A stretch of DNA of 64,000 nucleotides, taken from NCBI GenBank assembly GCA_958296135.2, contig CATQHZ020000001.1, forward strand, positions 3,040,001 through 3,104,000, read 5' to 3'. The notes under the pieces were generated by a model that saw only the letters and a program-made list of their open reading frames with translations, did not search any database and was not told the DNA's origin. This DNA comes from an uncultured Poribacteria bacterium (GTDB taxonomy: Bacteria > Poribacteria > WGA-4E > WGA-3G). Positions within the stretch are counted from its first letter, which is position 1; the number at the start of each line of letters is the position of its first letter. The position numbers were made by a program, and so were the translations under genes. This document shows positions 37,079 through 47,144 of this stretch, one piece after another.

Positions 37079-37954
37079 ATGTTTCAAGGTTCTTATGTTG
37101 CACTGGTTACGCCGTTTAAGGACGATGAATCGCTTGACGAAGCGAAGCTGAAGGAACTCATCCGATTTCAGTTGGATGGTGGCACGCACGGCATCGTTCC
37201 GTGTGGGACTACCGGCGAGTCGCCTGCGCTCACTGAAGCAGAGCACGACAGGGTAATTGAACTCACCGTTGAGACGGTAAACGGCCGGGTGCCGGTTATC
37301 GCTGGTACTGGTTCTAACTCAACGACGCGGACGCTGCGCGCGACGCAGCACGCGAAATCCGCTGGGGCGGATGCCGCGCTGATCGTCACGCCCTATTACA
37401 ATAAACCGACGCAGGAAGGGCTCTACGCGCACTATATGACAATCGCCGACACCGTGGACATCCCGATTGTTATCTACAATGTCCCAGGGCGCTGCGGTAC
37501 TGACATCCTTTCGCCGACGATTGCTCGCCTCTCGGCGCATCCGAACATCGTTGGGCTTAAGGAGGCGACAGGCGAACTGAAACGCGCGAGTGAAGTCGTC
37601 AGCCTCTGTCCCGATGACTTTGTTGTCCTTTCCGGTGACGATGTCAACACGCTGCCTATCCTTGCTGTCGGTGGGAGAGGGGTTATCTCGGTTGTTGCGA
37701 ACGTCGCACCTGCAGATGTGGCGGAGATGTGCAACGCGTTCCACGCGGGCAATTGGGAGCTTGCGCGCAAGTTGCACTATAAGACGCTGTCGCTCGCTGT
37801 GAACCTGTTCATCGAGACGAACCCGATTCCTGCGAAGACAGCGTTGCAGTTGATGGGCAAGTTGAACGGGAAACTGCGCCTGCCTCTCGTGTCGATGGGC
37901 ATACGGAATGTTGATGTCGTGCAGAAGACGCTTCGAGAGGTAGGGTTGATTTAG
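37079..37954 (+). CDS. dapA: 4-hydroxy-tetrahydrodipicolinate synthase
   Basis: ALVTPF, GTTGES, GTGSNST, TPYYNKP, IYNVPGR, LKEATG, ETNPIPAK. Confidence 0.97.
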   Translation: MFQGSYVALVTPFKDDESLDEAKLKELIRFQLDGGTHGIVPCGTTGESPALTEAEHDRVIELTVETVNGRVPVIAGTGSNSTTRTLRATQHAKSAGADAALIVTPYYNKPTQEGLYAHYMTIADTVDIPIVIYNVPGRCGTDILSPTIARLSAHPNIVGLKEATGELKRASEVVSLCPDDFVVLSGDDVNTLPILAVGGRGVISVVANVAPADVAEMCNAFHAGNWELARKLHYKTLSLAVNLFIETNPIPAKTALQLMGKLNGKLRLPLVSMGIRNVDVVQKTLREVGLI

Positions 37955-38097
37955 GGCGGAATATGCCGATGAGCTCCGAATTAAGAAAAGAAATAGGTAA
38001 GTTTTTCTGCGGAAAACCAACGGGCGGATAGAGACATCCGCCCTTACCCTCCGAACGGCACAAGTTAGCTCTAATCCCAATAAAGCCGTTCATCCCG

Positions 38098-41000
38098 TCA
38101 ATCCTGATGCAGACGAAAGGCGGACAACCCCTCCACAATCTCCATCGTCTTTAAACTCACCGTAATTACCGAACCAATGAGGGCCACAATCGCCGCAGGG
38201 TTTTCTGCATCGTTCGCATCGTTGGTAATCTGGCTCTTATCATAGGTTTTGACGCGATACTGGGCGAGAAGCCAGTCTAACGCGGAACGGTTCCCTAACC
38301 GATAGGCTAACGCCTTTGCCGGAATGCCATCTAACGTGAGCGACTCGTTATAGATTAGCTGCGTCTTGTCCTTGGAGAGTTTCATCTGTTCCACGCGCAA
38401 ATTGAGGGCGTGTCCCTTTCTGATGGCCTTCAATTCATATTGCGGCTGCGCTTCGTAGTTGACGTGAAGTTCTGCGAGTTGCGCGCCCGCGTTCGCGAAG
38501 GCCCAGAAGTCTTCAACGAAAGGGATATGCGGCAAGTCGCGCTTGAGATCGGCGGTGTGACGTTCGCGGTAGTGCGGATGATGCAGGAGCCCGTAGATAT
38601 AGTTAAAAATATCCCACTTCGTGAGGGTGTCGTCGGCGTAATGCGCGCGGAATGCCGCCAGTGCCCAGTCGGTGATGTTTTCTCGGCGATTGGTGCCATC
38701 TTCATCGTAAACGTAGAACGGAAAGCACTGATTGGCATCAAGGGTAATAAGTGAGGTACTGAGAATAACATTTGCGACACAACACCAAAAAGGCGCGCGG
38801 CCGCCCGGTCCGGGGACACAAATCACCCGATTCTCTGCTTCGGTATCGGGCGTAGGGAAGATAGCGGAGAACCCAGACACGCTGTCATTGAGCGTCCTGT
38901 CAAAGAAGAGATTGGTTTTTGTGAAGGGGCGATAGAGAAAATGCCGCATCTTGTTTTCCGCGTATTCGGCGAGTCTACCGCGCTGCAACTTCGCTTTCAA
39001 ATCGCGGCTCCACTTGATGCGGGTTTCATCGTTATCGACAAAATTGTCAACATTTACGCCCGATTTGTCTGCTAAGCCTCGCCACTTGAACACCTCATCG
39101 TTATAGGCTCGACTCATCCGTTGGACGTTTTCTGCGAGTGCGTTTGGGTTGAAGTTGCAAACCCAAGCGTCCCGGCTAGTGTTGATGCCGGTGCTGTACG
39201 TGTGAAAAATGACACCTTGCGGTTCGATTTTGGCGCGCTTTGCCGCCTTGGTGCCCATCGGGATGAACGTCAAAAATTCGGGGTTGAGTCCTTCGGTGAG
39301 CCACGTGTGCCGTGCATCCGGTTGAAGCATTTGCCATGCAACATTGCCGATGTGTTCGGCTTGCGTGAGGAACTCGAATTTCTGGTTTTTGTTCCACGTG
39401 TCATTAGTGCGGAAGTAGAAGATACGCGCTGTTGAGGCCGGGGGGTTGCCCTTTTCTTGTGTCGAAGCCGGATCGTGTGTCAAGACCGGGAGGGCTCTCC
39501 TACCGGGGTTTTTGACGAACAGGTTGATGCTTACGCCGACGCGGATGCCGAAGACGTTTGCATCAGCAACGGGTGCGTCTTTCCGCGCGTTCCCCCCGAG
39601 GTCTACGATATAGAGTGCATCAAACTCTTGAGCGAGATGGTGTCGCATGCCGTCAAACGCCGTCGCGTCTAGGAAACTGTTGTTCGTGACGAAGGCGACA
39701 ATCCCCTCGTTGCCAATCCGGTCTGATGCGTAGCGGATTGCCTTCACATACGCGTCGTAAAGGGCACGTCTCAGTGTGGCTTGCGATGCTTTCACGTACG
39801 TCTCCTCGATTCGCGCGTCCATCGCGGGATATTTGCGGTTCTTGTTGTTATCGTTTTCGTTGGCTTGCCCGACGTTATAGGGTGGGTTGCCGATGACGAT
39901 AAACATCGGTGCAGCCTTCTGTTTCTCCACGCGCGCGGTATTCTCCTGCGTCAACAGCGACAACTGCCGGTTTTCAGCTAAATCGAACGTATCGACGAGG
40001 GAAATGCCTTCAAACGGGAGGTATTCCCCGGTGATGGCATAAAATTCATGTTCGATGTTGAGATTCGCCACATAGTAGGGCAATAACAGCAACTCATTGC
40101 ACCAGAGTTCGGTGCTGTATTTCGCCTTCAGTTTGAACGGGTCGAGCTCGCGCATCAGCCGTACGATGAAGTTGCCGGTGCCGACGAACGCATCGATGAG
40201 ATGCACGCCTGCGTCGGAGAGAGAACGCTTGAATTCGGTTTGGAGGAGATAGTCCACACTCTTCACCATGAAATCGACGATGGGCTGCGGGGTGTAGACG
40301 ATGCCGTGCGTATCGGCAATCTTCACGGAGAAGCCTTGGAAGAACTGCTCGTAGACGGTATTCAGGAAGTTCTGTTTCTGCGAGAAGTCGGCGAGCGTTG
40401 CAGCTTGGCGTTCGATTTCGCGGTAGAACGGGTCCAGTCGTCGGAGGAATTCGCCGCGGCTGTAGGCTTTGTCGAGTGGGCCTTTCAGCACCTTTTCGAT
40501 TTCCCGTGCGATGATGTTCCGGGAAGTGAAGTCTGGATTCTCGAACACGGTTCGGAAGATGCGTTCGGTGAGGAGGTGCTGGATGAGCATTTCCTCGACA
40601 GCTGCTTCAGAGAGGTTCGGGTTGATGGCGGCTTGGCAGAGGCGATGAAAATCGGCGAAGTCGGCGTGAAATTGCGGATTGGTTTTGTGCTGAGCCCGGA
40701 GGAGTTCGGCGGCTTCTTTGCCTAATTCGGGGACGAGCGTCTTGAAGTCGGCGACAGCGGCTTCCCAGTTGGCGGCATGTTCGCGTTCGTAAGAGAAGAA
40801 CGCTTTCAGCACAGTGACGAGCGTGTGGCGTTCGGTGATGTCTGCGTCCAGCACTTCTCTGCCATTCTGGTACAAAATGGCGCGTTCTGGCGTTTGGAAG
40901 AGGATGTTGTCCTGTGGGTACCCGGCATCGAACTTGGTTTGGATGTCTGCACGTAGATTTCCGTGAACGCCTTTTGCCTCCCAGGTGCCGCGAGGGAGAC

Positions 41001-41256
41001 TATATGCGTCAAGCAGCGCGCCATCAAGACGAATCACCGTAGCGCGGGGGCCTGTCCCCTGCGAACCTCCCGTAACTCGCAGCGTATATTCACAAACGAG
41101 CGTCCAGTTCAACTGTCGCGCGCCAACTTCAAGGAGTGCTTGAAAGGCGGCTCGCACGGCAGTTTCGTGGGTGATGCCGTGTTGTTGAAACCGGTCGAGG
41201 GCGGCGTAATAGGCGGTTATCGCTTTGTGGTTTGGTTTTATGTTAAGTGTTGGCAT
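38098..41256 (-). CDS. Type IIG / type ISP-like fused restriction-modification enzyme (N6-adenine MTase)
   Basis: N-terminal D..EAK nuclease-like motif (RLDGAL..WEAK), GIVYTPQPIVDFM, DAFVGTGNF, IGNPPY, LlaBIII-like C-terminal recognition region (YRPF, DIFNYIYGLLH, YRLGNRSALDW); no helicase domain. Confidence 0.88.
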   Translation of the reverse strand: MPTLNIKPNHKAITAYYAALDRFQQHGITHETAVRAAFQALLEVGARQLNWTLVCEYTLRVTGGSQGTGPRATVIRLDGALLDAYSLPRGTWEAKGVHGNLRADIQTKFDAGYPQDNILFQTPERAILYQNGREVLDADITERHTLVTVLKAFFSYEREHAANWEAAVADFKTLVPELGKEAAELLRAQHKTNPQFHADFADFHRLCQAAINPNLSEAAVEEMLIQHLLTERIFRTVFENPDFTSRNIIAREIEKVLKGPLDKAYSRGEFLRRLDPFYREIERQAATLADFSQKQNFLNTVYEQFFQGFSVKIADTHGIVYTPQPIVDFMVKSVDYLLQTEFKRSLSDAGVHLIDAFVGTGNFIVRLMRELDPFKLKAKYSTELWCNELLLLPYYVANLNIEHEFYAITGEYLPFEGISLVDTFDLAENRQLSLLTQENTARVEKQKAAPMFIVIGNPPYNVGQANENDNNKNRKYPAMDARIEETYVKASQATLRRALYDAYVKAIRYASDRIGNEGIVAFVTNNSFLDATAFDGMRHHLAQEFDALYIVDLGGNARKDAPVADANVFGIRVGVSINLFVKNPGRRALPVLTHDPASTQEKGNPPASTARIFYFRTNDTWNKNQKFEFLTQAEHIGNVAWQMLQPDARHTWLTEGLNPEFLTFIPMGTKAAKRAKIEPQGVIFHTYSTGINTSRDAWVCNFNPNALAENVQRMSRAYNDEVFKWRGLADKSGVNVDNFVDNDETRIKWSRDLKAKLQRGRLAEYAENKMRHFLYRPFTKTNLFFDRTLNDSVSGFSAIFPTPDTEAENRVICVPGPGGRAPFWCCVANVILSTSLITLDANQCFPFYVYDEDGTNRRENITDWALAAFRAHYADDTLTKWDIFNYIYGLLHHPHYRERHTADLKRDLPHIPFVEDFWAFANAGAQLAELHVNYEAQPQYELKAIRKGHALNLRVEQMKLSKDKTQLIYNESLTLDGIPAKALAYRLGNRSALDWLLAQYRVKTYDKSQITNDANDAENPAAIVALIGSVITVSLKTMEIVEGLSAFRLHQD

Positions 41257-41397
41257 GGTTTTTAGTCTATCATAGTTTGCAATCAGATTGCAAGGAAAAA
41301 AGGCTGAATCTAGGGTGATATGGGCGGATAGAGATATCCGCCCTTACAGGTACTGCGCTGCAAATCTCAAATATGAGAAACAATCCGGCGCGATTTT

Positions 41398-42717
41398 CTA
41401 CTGCAGAAATTCAGCGGGCAGCAGCCGATGCACTGCATCAACGACTAACTGCTCCACGCCGGGGGCGAAGCGAGTCGGCGGGCCGAAATAGAGCATCGCG
41501 TCGCCGCCCTCATATCCTCCCTCGGCGAGGACGCGCTCAGATGGGATATAGCCGGGAAAGGCGTTGGCGTAGGCCCCTACCCACAGCCGCGCTGCATCGA
41601 ATTCGTGTTTTAACCGAAGCGAATAGTCAACCACTACTTCACTGGCAAGGAAAACGATGGCGAGTTCGTCCCCGAAAGTCCATGTCTGCACCGGGTAAGA
41701 GAGTTCCGTTTGCAAGGGTTCTCCCCGCTGTAGCCGTTCGAGATGCTTTTGCGCGTGGTATCCAACGGCCCCTCCCGCCGCGACGCGTGCTTTCCACTCG
41801 TCAGGCGTGGGTAGCGTATCAAACGGCAGGTTTACGCGTTCAAACGAACCTGTCGGCGTTTGGGAGAGCGGCGTGGCATTGGATGCTAGAAGGCGTTGGA
41901 CTTCCTGCGCGAGTGCTTCTCCGTGTTCTTTCGCATAGGCGAGGCGCGTCTGAAAAACCTCCTGTTGTCTATCGGGCATCGGCATCATCCGCGATGCAGG
42001 ATTCGCGTCCGCGCCGCATCCGATAGAGATTAACGCCGTTGTGCCGGGGTTTGTCTCCTGAATTGCCTCTTGCGCGTATCCGGCCCAGTCGCCGCAGATG
42101 TGATTGTCGGTGCCTGCCAACGTGGTGCAGTGGCATGCGTAACTTGCCCACACGGCACGCAAGGCACCATCTTCACCGGTGACTTGTAGCATCGGCAAAG
42201 AATGCTCAGCGGGTCCGCCCTGAGTTCGCCGATTTTTGGCGAAGTCCAATTCGCCGATGCTCCACTGCACTTGACACGGTTCACGATTTGTCAGTGCCTC
42301 CAGCGCGGCTTCCTCTAGCCAATCGCCGAGTTGTCGGGTATACCGGTAGATCTTTTCTTGCTGTTCCGGCGGTATATCTGAACTGAAAAGGAAAGGCGCG
42401 GCGTTGGTGAGGCATGGCGCGCTGTGCGTGTGCGTAAAACATGCGACAAAATGTGCCCGGGAGAGCCCAGTCTTCTGCTTGACGCGGTGCGCTATTTCCT
42501 CGGTAAGTTCATCTGGTAAGCCGCAGTTTTCGACGGTTACGACGACAACCGGTTCCTCGGTTTCACTGCCGATGGCGAGGGCTTTCGCCCAAATCCGCTG
42601 AATGATGCCCTCGGATTCGGTGCGTCGGCTACCGTAGCCGCTGAGGCGAATTGGGTAATCTGGCGTGATGTCCACTTGGGCAACGCCTACCTCAAGAGTG
42701 TTGTGTTTGTGATTCAT
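41398..42717 (-). CDS. Neutral/alkaline non-lysosomal ceramidase-like hydrolase
   Basis: VDITP..LSGYGSR, THTHSAP, YACHCT, GCGADANP, YIPSERVLAEGGYE. Confidence 0.85.
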   Translation of the reverse strand: MNHKHNTLEVGVAQVDITPDYPIRLSGYGSRRTESEGIIQRIWAKALAIGSETEEPVVVVTVENCGLPDELTEEIAHRVKQKTGLSRAHFVACFTHTHSAPCLTNAAPFLFSSDIPPEQQEKIYRYTRQLGDWLEEAALEALTNREPCQVQWSIGELDFAKNRRTQGGPAEHSLPMLQVTGEDGALRAVWASYACHCTTLAGTDNHICGDWAGYAQEAIQETNPGTTALISIGCGADANPASRMMPMPDRQQEVFQTRLAYAKEHGEALAQEVQRLLASNATPLSQTPTGSFERVNLPFDTLPTPDEWKARVAAGGAVGYHAQKHLERLQRGEPLQTELSYPVQTWTFGDELAIVFLASEVVVDYSLRLKHEFDAARLWVGAYANAFPGYIPSERVLAEGGYEGGDAMLYFGPPTRFAPGVEQLVVDAVHRLLPAEFLQ

Positions 42718-42733
42718 GTCCGTTTCCTCATTT

Positions 42734-43900
42734 CTACCAATGCAGCGTGAATGCCACTAGGTGACTTGCCGCTGTAATCGGGATGTTCGTAAAAGGGCTA
42801 CGCAAAGTATATTCTGTAGAGAGCGTGCCAAGCGTTAAGGCGATGCCGATGGAAAAGTGAGGCGTTGCTTCAACGCGCCCAGTGCCCATGCGGAGGGCCA
42901 TGGCGAAACCATTCTCCCATGCCCGATGGAATTCGGTGCCCAGTGCCCAATCCATACCGCTAGTTCCCGTGGCCCGTGATACATCTGCGGCGAGGGCAAT
43001 CCATTCCAAAGGTTCATACGCGATACCGATGCCGAGCTTGAGCGGGAGAGGTTCAACCAAATCTGCACGCAGGATATTTTCAAAGAGAACGCCTACCTGT
43101 ATCGGTTTTAGGCGCGAGAACCGGACCTCGTGCTGCAACCCGACATCCAATTCCAACTGACCGGATGTCCTATCGATTTCGGGATGATTCTCATGGATAA
43201 TATCCCGGACTCTGTCGCCGAATTGCAACGCCTCAACGATTGCTGGAATGAATTGTTCCGGTGTGCGCGTATCTATATCCGGTCCGTGCCGTGCCGCCAA
43301 ATTTAAGGTGGACACCAGCGTGCCGCGCCTCACATTTTGTGTTATCCACTTGAGCCGTGCCCCCGCCACCGTCTTTCCAATCTGGCGGCCGAGGCACAGT
43401 ATCCAACGTCCTTCGCGGAACAAAGCGTAGTCTGTGCTGAGGTCTGTCTGTGAAGAAAACTGGCGGTTATTCGTATCATATTCAGCGCGAGTGGCAGAAA
43501 ACGTGACATTCGCAAAATGGGTGAATGTCGTTGCATAGCCGATGCTAGTTCCCCACTTTCCGAAGGCGTGCGAGTAGTAAGATGCAGGGTAAACGTCGAT
43601 GCCTGCTTCGGCGGCGAACTGGTGCTTGTCTTCAAAGGGCATCGCGCCCGGGAGGGCGCGCCTGCTGGTTTTCGGCAATTCTCCCCAGTGCAGATTTTCG
43701 GCGGCAATTCCGAAAGCGAGATTATGGTTTTGCACGTGAATTAACGATGCCGGATTGCCAAAGATGCCAGCGTCTGCTGTGCGCGTTGCGATGCGGGTGC
43801 CGCCCATTCCAAGGCTGCGGAGCCTCTCGTCTGCGGATGCGCGTGAGGGCAGGCTGGCGGCGAGTATGTAAAGTGCGACGAGCCATGCTTTCAAAGTCAC
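42734..43900 (-). CDS. Outer-membrane beta-barrel protein, PorV/FadL-like N-terminus
   Basis: Signal peptide; RSLGMGG....DAGIFGNPASL; amphipathic strands; terminal aromatic W. Confidence 0.6.
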   Translation of the reverse strand: MTLKAWLVALYILAASLPSRASADERLRSLGMGGTRIATRTADAGIFGNPASLIHVQNHNLAFGIAAENLHWGELPKTSRRALPGAMPFEDKHQFAAEAGIDVYPASYYSHAFGKWGTSIGYATTFTHFANVTFSATRAEYDTNNRQFSSQTDLSTDYALFREGRWILCLGRQIGKTVAGARLKWITQNVRRGTLVSTLNLAARHGPDIDTRTPEQFIPAIVEALQFGDRVRDIIHENHPEIDRTSGQLELDVGLQHEVRFSRLKPIQVGVLFENILRADLVEPLPLKLGIGIAYEPLEWIALAADVSRATGTSGMDWALGTEFHRAWENGFAMALRMGTGRVEATPHFSIGIALTLGTLSTEYTLRSPFTNIPITAASHLVAFTLHW

Positions 43901-44835
43901 TCTACACCTATCGCCTCGGCGAAGATATCCTCAAGCGAGTGCTTCACCTCGCGCAGTTGGCGCAGTTGGATACCACATTCCAATGCTAATCTGAAAAAAC
44001 ATCTCGGGTCTGTTTCATCAGTCCGTGCGTTTTCACGGGTGGTGACTCGGAGTCTGCCGCCCGATTTGAGTTCGGCCAGATACCGATTGCGTTCCAATGC
44101 GCGAACGTAAGCCACCCCGGCATCCTCACTACCACCGACAATCTTCAGGTCGAACGCGCGATGTTGCTGTTTCTTCAACGCCTCTATGTTGCCGTGGACG
44201 ACAACGCGGCCGTCGTGGAGTGCGATGACCTCCTGACACGCTGTCTCAACATCGGGCAATAGATGCGAGGACAAAATGGTGTTAATCCCCTTGTTGGCGG
44301 AGATGTCTTTTACGAGGGAGATCATCTCCTCGCGTCCACTTGTATCCATGCCGTTGGTGGGTTCATCGAGGAACAACAGTTTTGCGTCATGGACGAGTGC
44401 CTGCGCGAGTTTCACCCGCTGTTTCATTCCTGTTGAGTATTCGCCGACTGGGCGGTAGCGTTCTTCGTCAACGCCGACGTAATAGAGGACTTCGTGGGCG
44501 CGTTGTAGTGCATCGCGGGCCGGCATCCCGCACAACTCGCCGGCGTAAGCCACCAATTGCACGGCGTTCATTCCTGGGATTAAGCAGTCATCTTCGGGCA
44601 TATAGCCTACCTGTTGGCGGATGGCTAAGGCGTGCGTCTGGATATCCATGCCGAAGATGGCCGCGCTTCCTTCGGTTGGCGGAACGAAGCCGAGCAGCGT
44701 CTTCAGCAGCGTGCTTTTGCCTGCACCGTTCGGACCGAGGAGGCCGATGGCACCTCCTTTTACTTCTAGCGAGAGTGAATCCAACGCCGGACGAGTGCCA
44801 TAAGAGACAGAGAGATTTTTGAGTGTGATTACCAT
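43897..44835 (-). CDS. ABC transporter ATP-binding protein
   Basis: GPNGAGKST, YSTGMKQR, LFLDEPT, SSH. Confidence 0.93.
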   Translation of the reverse strand: MVITLKNLSVSYGTRPALDSLSLEVKGGAIGLLGPNGAGKSTLLKTLLGFVPPTEGSAAIFGMDIQTHALAIRQQVGYMPEDDCLIPGMNAVQLVAYAGELCGMPARDALQRAHEVLYYVGVDEERYRPVGEYSTGMKQRVKLAQALVHDAKLLFLDEPTNGMDTSGREEMISLVKDISANKGINTILSSHLLPDVETACQEVIALHDGRVVVHGNIEALKKQQHRAFDLKIVGGSEDAGVAYVRALERNRYLAELKSGGRLRVTTRENARTDETDPRCFFRLALECGIQLRQLREVKHSLEDIFAEAIGVE

Positions 44836-44894
44836 TTTTCGTGATTTGTAAGGGCAATACTAGTTCGATGGGCGGAAACCATAGAAATCCGCTC

Positions 44895-46286
44895 TTAAGA
44901 TTTATGAGATGGCTTGTAGTTTCGTTCAACACGGTTGCTTATTTGCGTGAGAATGTGATATGAAATCGTGCCGGCGCGCGTGGCAATTTCATCAATGCCG
45001 AGCTCAGCGTCTCCCTGTTTACCGATTAGCACTGCTTCATCCCCAACTGAGACGTTGTCTGAAGGTTCTAGTTGGACGACGGTTACGTCCATGCAGATGC
45101 GCCCCGCAATTGGCCTGCGTTTGCCGGCGATTAATACCTCTCCGCCAATCGGTGCATGGCGAGGGACAGGCCCTCGCCCTACGGTAGTTGTCGGTTTCGG
45201 TGTCTGGTGAGGGACAGGCCCTCGCTCTACGGTAGACATCGGTTTCGGTGCATGGCGAGTGGCTGTTCCTGTCTCTACGGTAGTTGTCGGTTTCGGTGTC
45301 TGGTGAGGGACAGGCCCTCGCCCTACGGTAGTTGTCGGTTTCGGTGTCTGGCGAGGGATAGGCCCTGGCTCTACGGTAGTTGTCGGTTTCGGTGCGTGGC
45401 GAATGACAGGCCCTCGCCCTACGGTGGGAGGATTGGATAGCGCGCGCGGATATCCATCGCCGTAGCCTACCTGTAACGCTGCTACGCGAGTTCGGCGTGG
45501 TGCCCGATACGTCAACCCGTAACTCACGCCTTCGCCTGCTTCGAGCCACCCCACCCATCCGATGCGTGTTTTCCATGTGAGGGCCGGTTGCAACGGAATC
45601 GGTTTTTCTGCCGATGGGTAGATACCGTATAGACTCAAACCGGGGCGAACAGCATCGAAACGCGCTTCTGGTATCGTTAGCGTTGCAGCACTGTTCGCCG
45701 CGTGAACCGTCGTCGTAACCGGCAGGGCGCGTTTATCAAGCACTGCCGAGAACCGCTCAAGTTGCAGGTAGGCATAACTTTTGTCTACCTCGTCGGCGGT
45801 TGCGAAGTGCGTGAAGATGCCTCCGATTTCAAGTTGCTTTAGCGTTTTCAACTTCTCTAAAAATGCTTTCGCCTCTGTCCAATGGACTCCGCCTCGATTC
45901 ATGCCGGTATTAATGTCAACATGCACGGGGAGTCGCGTGCGGGAAATTGCGCCTACTAACCTTTGCGCCAACTGCCAATTGTCAATCGCCGGTGTCAATT
46001 GATGTGCAACGAGTGCCTCCGCCAATTCGGGGAGGGGGCTCAACAGAATCAGGATGGGCTTGTGAATGCCAGCCTTGCGCAGTTCGATGCCCTCTTCTAC
46101 CGTGGCAACGGCGAACATGTCAGCGATTTCGTGCAGTGCCAGTGCGACGCGTACTGCGCCGTGTCCATAGGCATCTGCCTTGATAACGGTGATGAGACAG
46201 GTGCCAGTATGTGCCTTGATTGCCGTTGCGTTCGCTGCAATCGCCTGCAAGTCTACTTCTATCCACGTGCGTGAAAATGTCATCAT
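44895..46286 (-). CDS. alr: Alanine racemase with ~95-aa repeat insertion
   Basis: VIKADAYGHG (PLP Lys), HVDINTGMNRGG, FTHFATAD, HAANSA, VRPGL, GVSYG, GYGDGYPR, GRICMD, GTISY. Confidence 0.95.
   Translation of the reverse strand: MMTFSRTWIEVDLQAIAANATAIKAHTGTCLITVIKADAYGHGAVRVALALHEIADMFAVATVEEGIELRKAGIHKPILILLSPLPELAEALVAHQLTPAIDNWQLAQRLVGAISRTRLPVHVDINTGMNRGGVHWTEAKAFLEKLKTLKQLEIGGIFTHFATADEVDKSYAYLQLERFSAVLDKRALPVTTTVHAANSAATLTIPEARFDAVRPGLSLYGIYPSAEKPIPLQPALTWKTRIGWVGWLEAGEGVSYGLTYRAPRRTRVAALQVGYGDGYPRALSNPPTVGRGPVIRHAPKPTTTVEPGPIPRQTPKPTTTVGRGPVPHQTPKPTTTVETGTATRHAPKPMSTVERGPVPHQTPKPTTTVGRGPVPRHAPIGGEVLIAGKRRPIAGRICMDVTVVQLEPSDNVSVGDEAVLIGKQGDAELGIDEIATRAGTISYHILTQISNRVERNYKPSHKS
45150..45425 (-). 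repeat. In-frame tandem array of ~5.75 x 48-bp REP-derived units inside alr
   Basis: Unit ACCGTAGGGCGAGGGCCTGTCCCTCrCCAnrCACCGAAACCGACAACT encoding TVGRGPVPHQTPKPTT; core matches intergenic REPs at about 3358, 29463, 29519. Confidence 0.95.
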
Positions 46287-46364
46287 GAAATATGATACCA
46301 CAGATAGCGTTTTTTTGCCTAACGGTTTGGCGCGCCCTCTAACTATTGCACCCTTAACGGGGTT

Positions 46365-47144
46365 TTAGAGGGACGGGGACTTTTCCTTTTTCTCTCTGAA
46401 TCGCAGAAATAGCAGGATAAAAACAATTGAGTTCACCAACAACATCGTCGAGATAGCGTTGATTTTTGGCGTGATGCCGAATTTGAGTAGCGAATAGATA
46501 TGCACCGACAGCGTCGTCCATCCGACTCCCGCGGTAAAGAACGTGATGACAAAATCGTCAATGGAGAGTGTGAATGCGAGCAATGCGCCGCCGATAATTC
46601 CCGGTGCGATGAGCGGTAGCGTTATCCGCCAAAACGTCTGCCACTGGGTGGCACCTAGGTCGAGTGCTGCGTCCTCTACGCTGTTATCGTACCCCTGCAA
46701 GCGTGCTCTGACGACGATGGTAACGTAAGCGATATTGAAAACGCCGTGCGCGATGATCAGTGATATGATTCCAAGTGGGATGCGCGCTTGCACGTAAAAT
46801 GTGAGTAGCGCAATCGCCAGGACGATGTCCGGAATGATGATTGGGAGGTAGAGACATCGCACTAACGCCGCGCGAAACCGAAACCGGTGGCGTTCAATGG
46901 CGAGCGCGGTGGCTGTCCCGATAACGGTGGCGATGAGCGTTGCGGCCCCTGCTACTATCAAACTATTTCGGCATGCGCGCCATAACGCTGCGTCCTCAAA
47001 CAACGCCGCATACCAATTGAACGTGAACCCCTGCCACACTGCTGTCTGTTCGCTGCTGTTGAATGAGAACGCGACGACTGTCAGGATGGGAACGTAGAGG
47101 AAGAGGAAAACTACGGCGATGTTGATTTCAAGGAGGCGTTTCAT
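46365..47144 (-). CDS. potC: Spermidine/putrescine ABC transporter permease
   Basis: FLYVPIL..FSFN, GFTFNWY, EAA-like 'EDAALDLGA', FTLSIDDFVIT, TPKINA. Confidence 0.88.
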   Translation of the reverse strand: MKRLLEINIAVVFLFLYVPILTVVAFSFNSSEQTAVWQGFTFNWYAALFEDAALWRACRNSLIVAGAATLIATVIGTATALAIERHRFRFRAALVRCLYLPIIIPDIVLAIALLTFYVQARIPLGIISLIIAHGVFNIAYVTIVVRARLQGYDNSVEDAALDLGATQWQTFWRITLPLIAPGIIGGALLAFTLSIDDFVITFFTAGVGWTTLSVHIYSLLKFGITPKINAISTMLLVNSIVFILLFLRFREKKEKSPSL

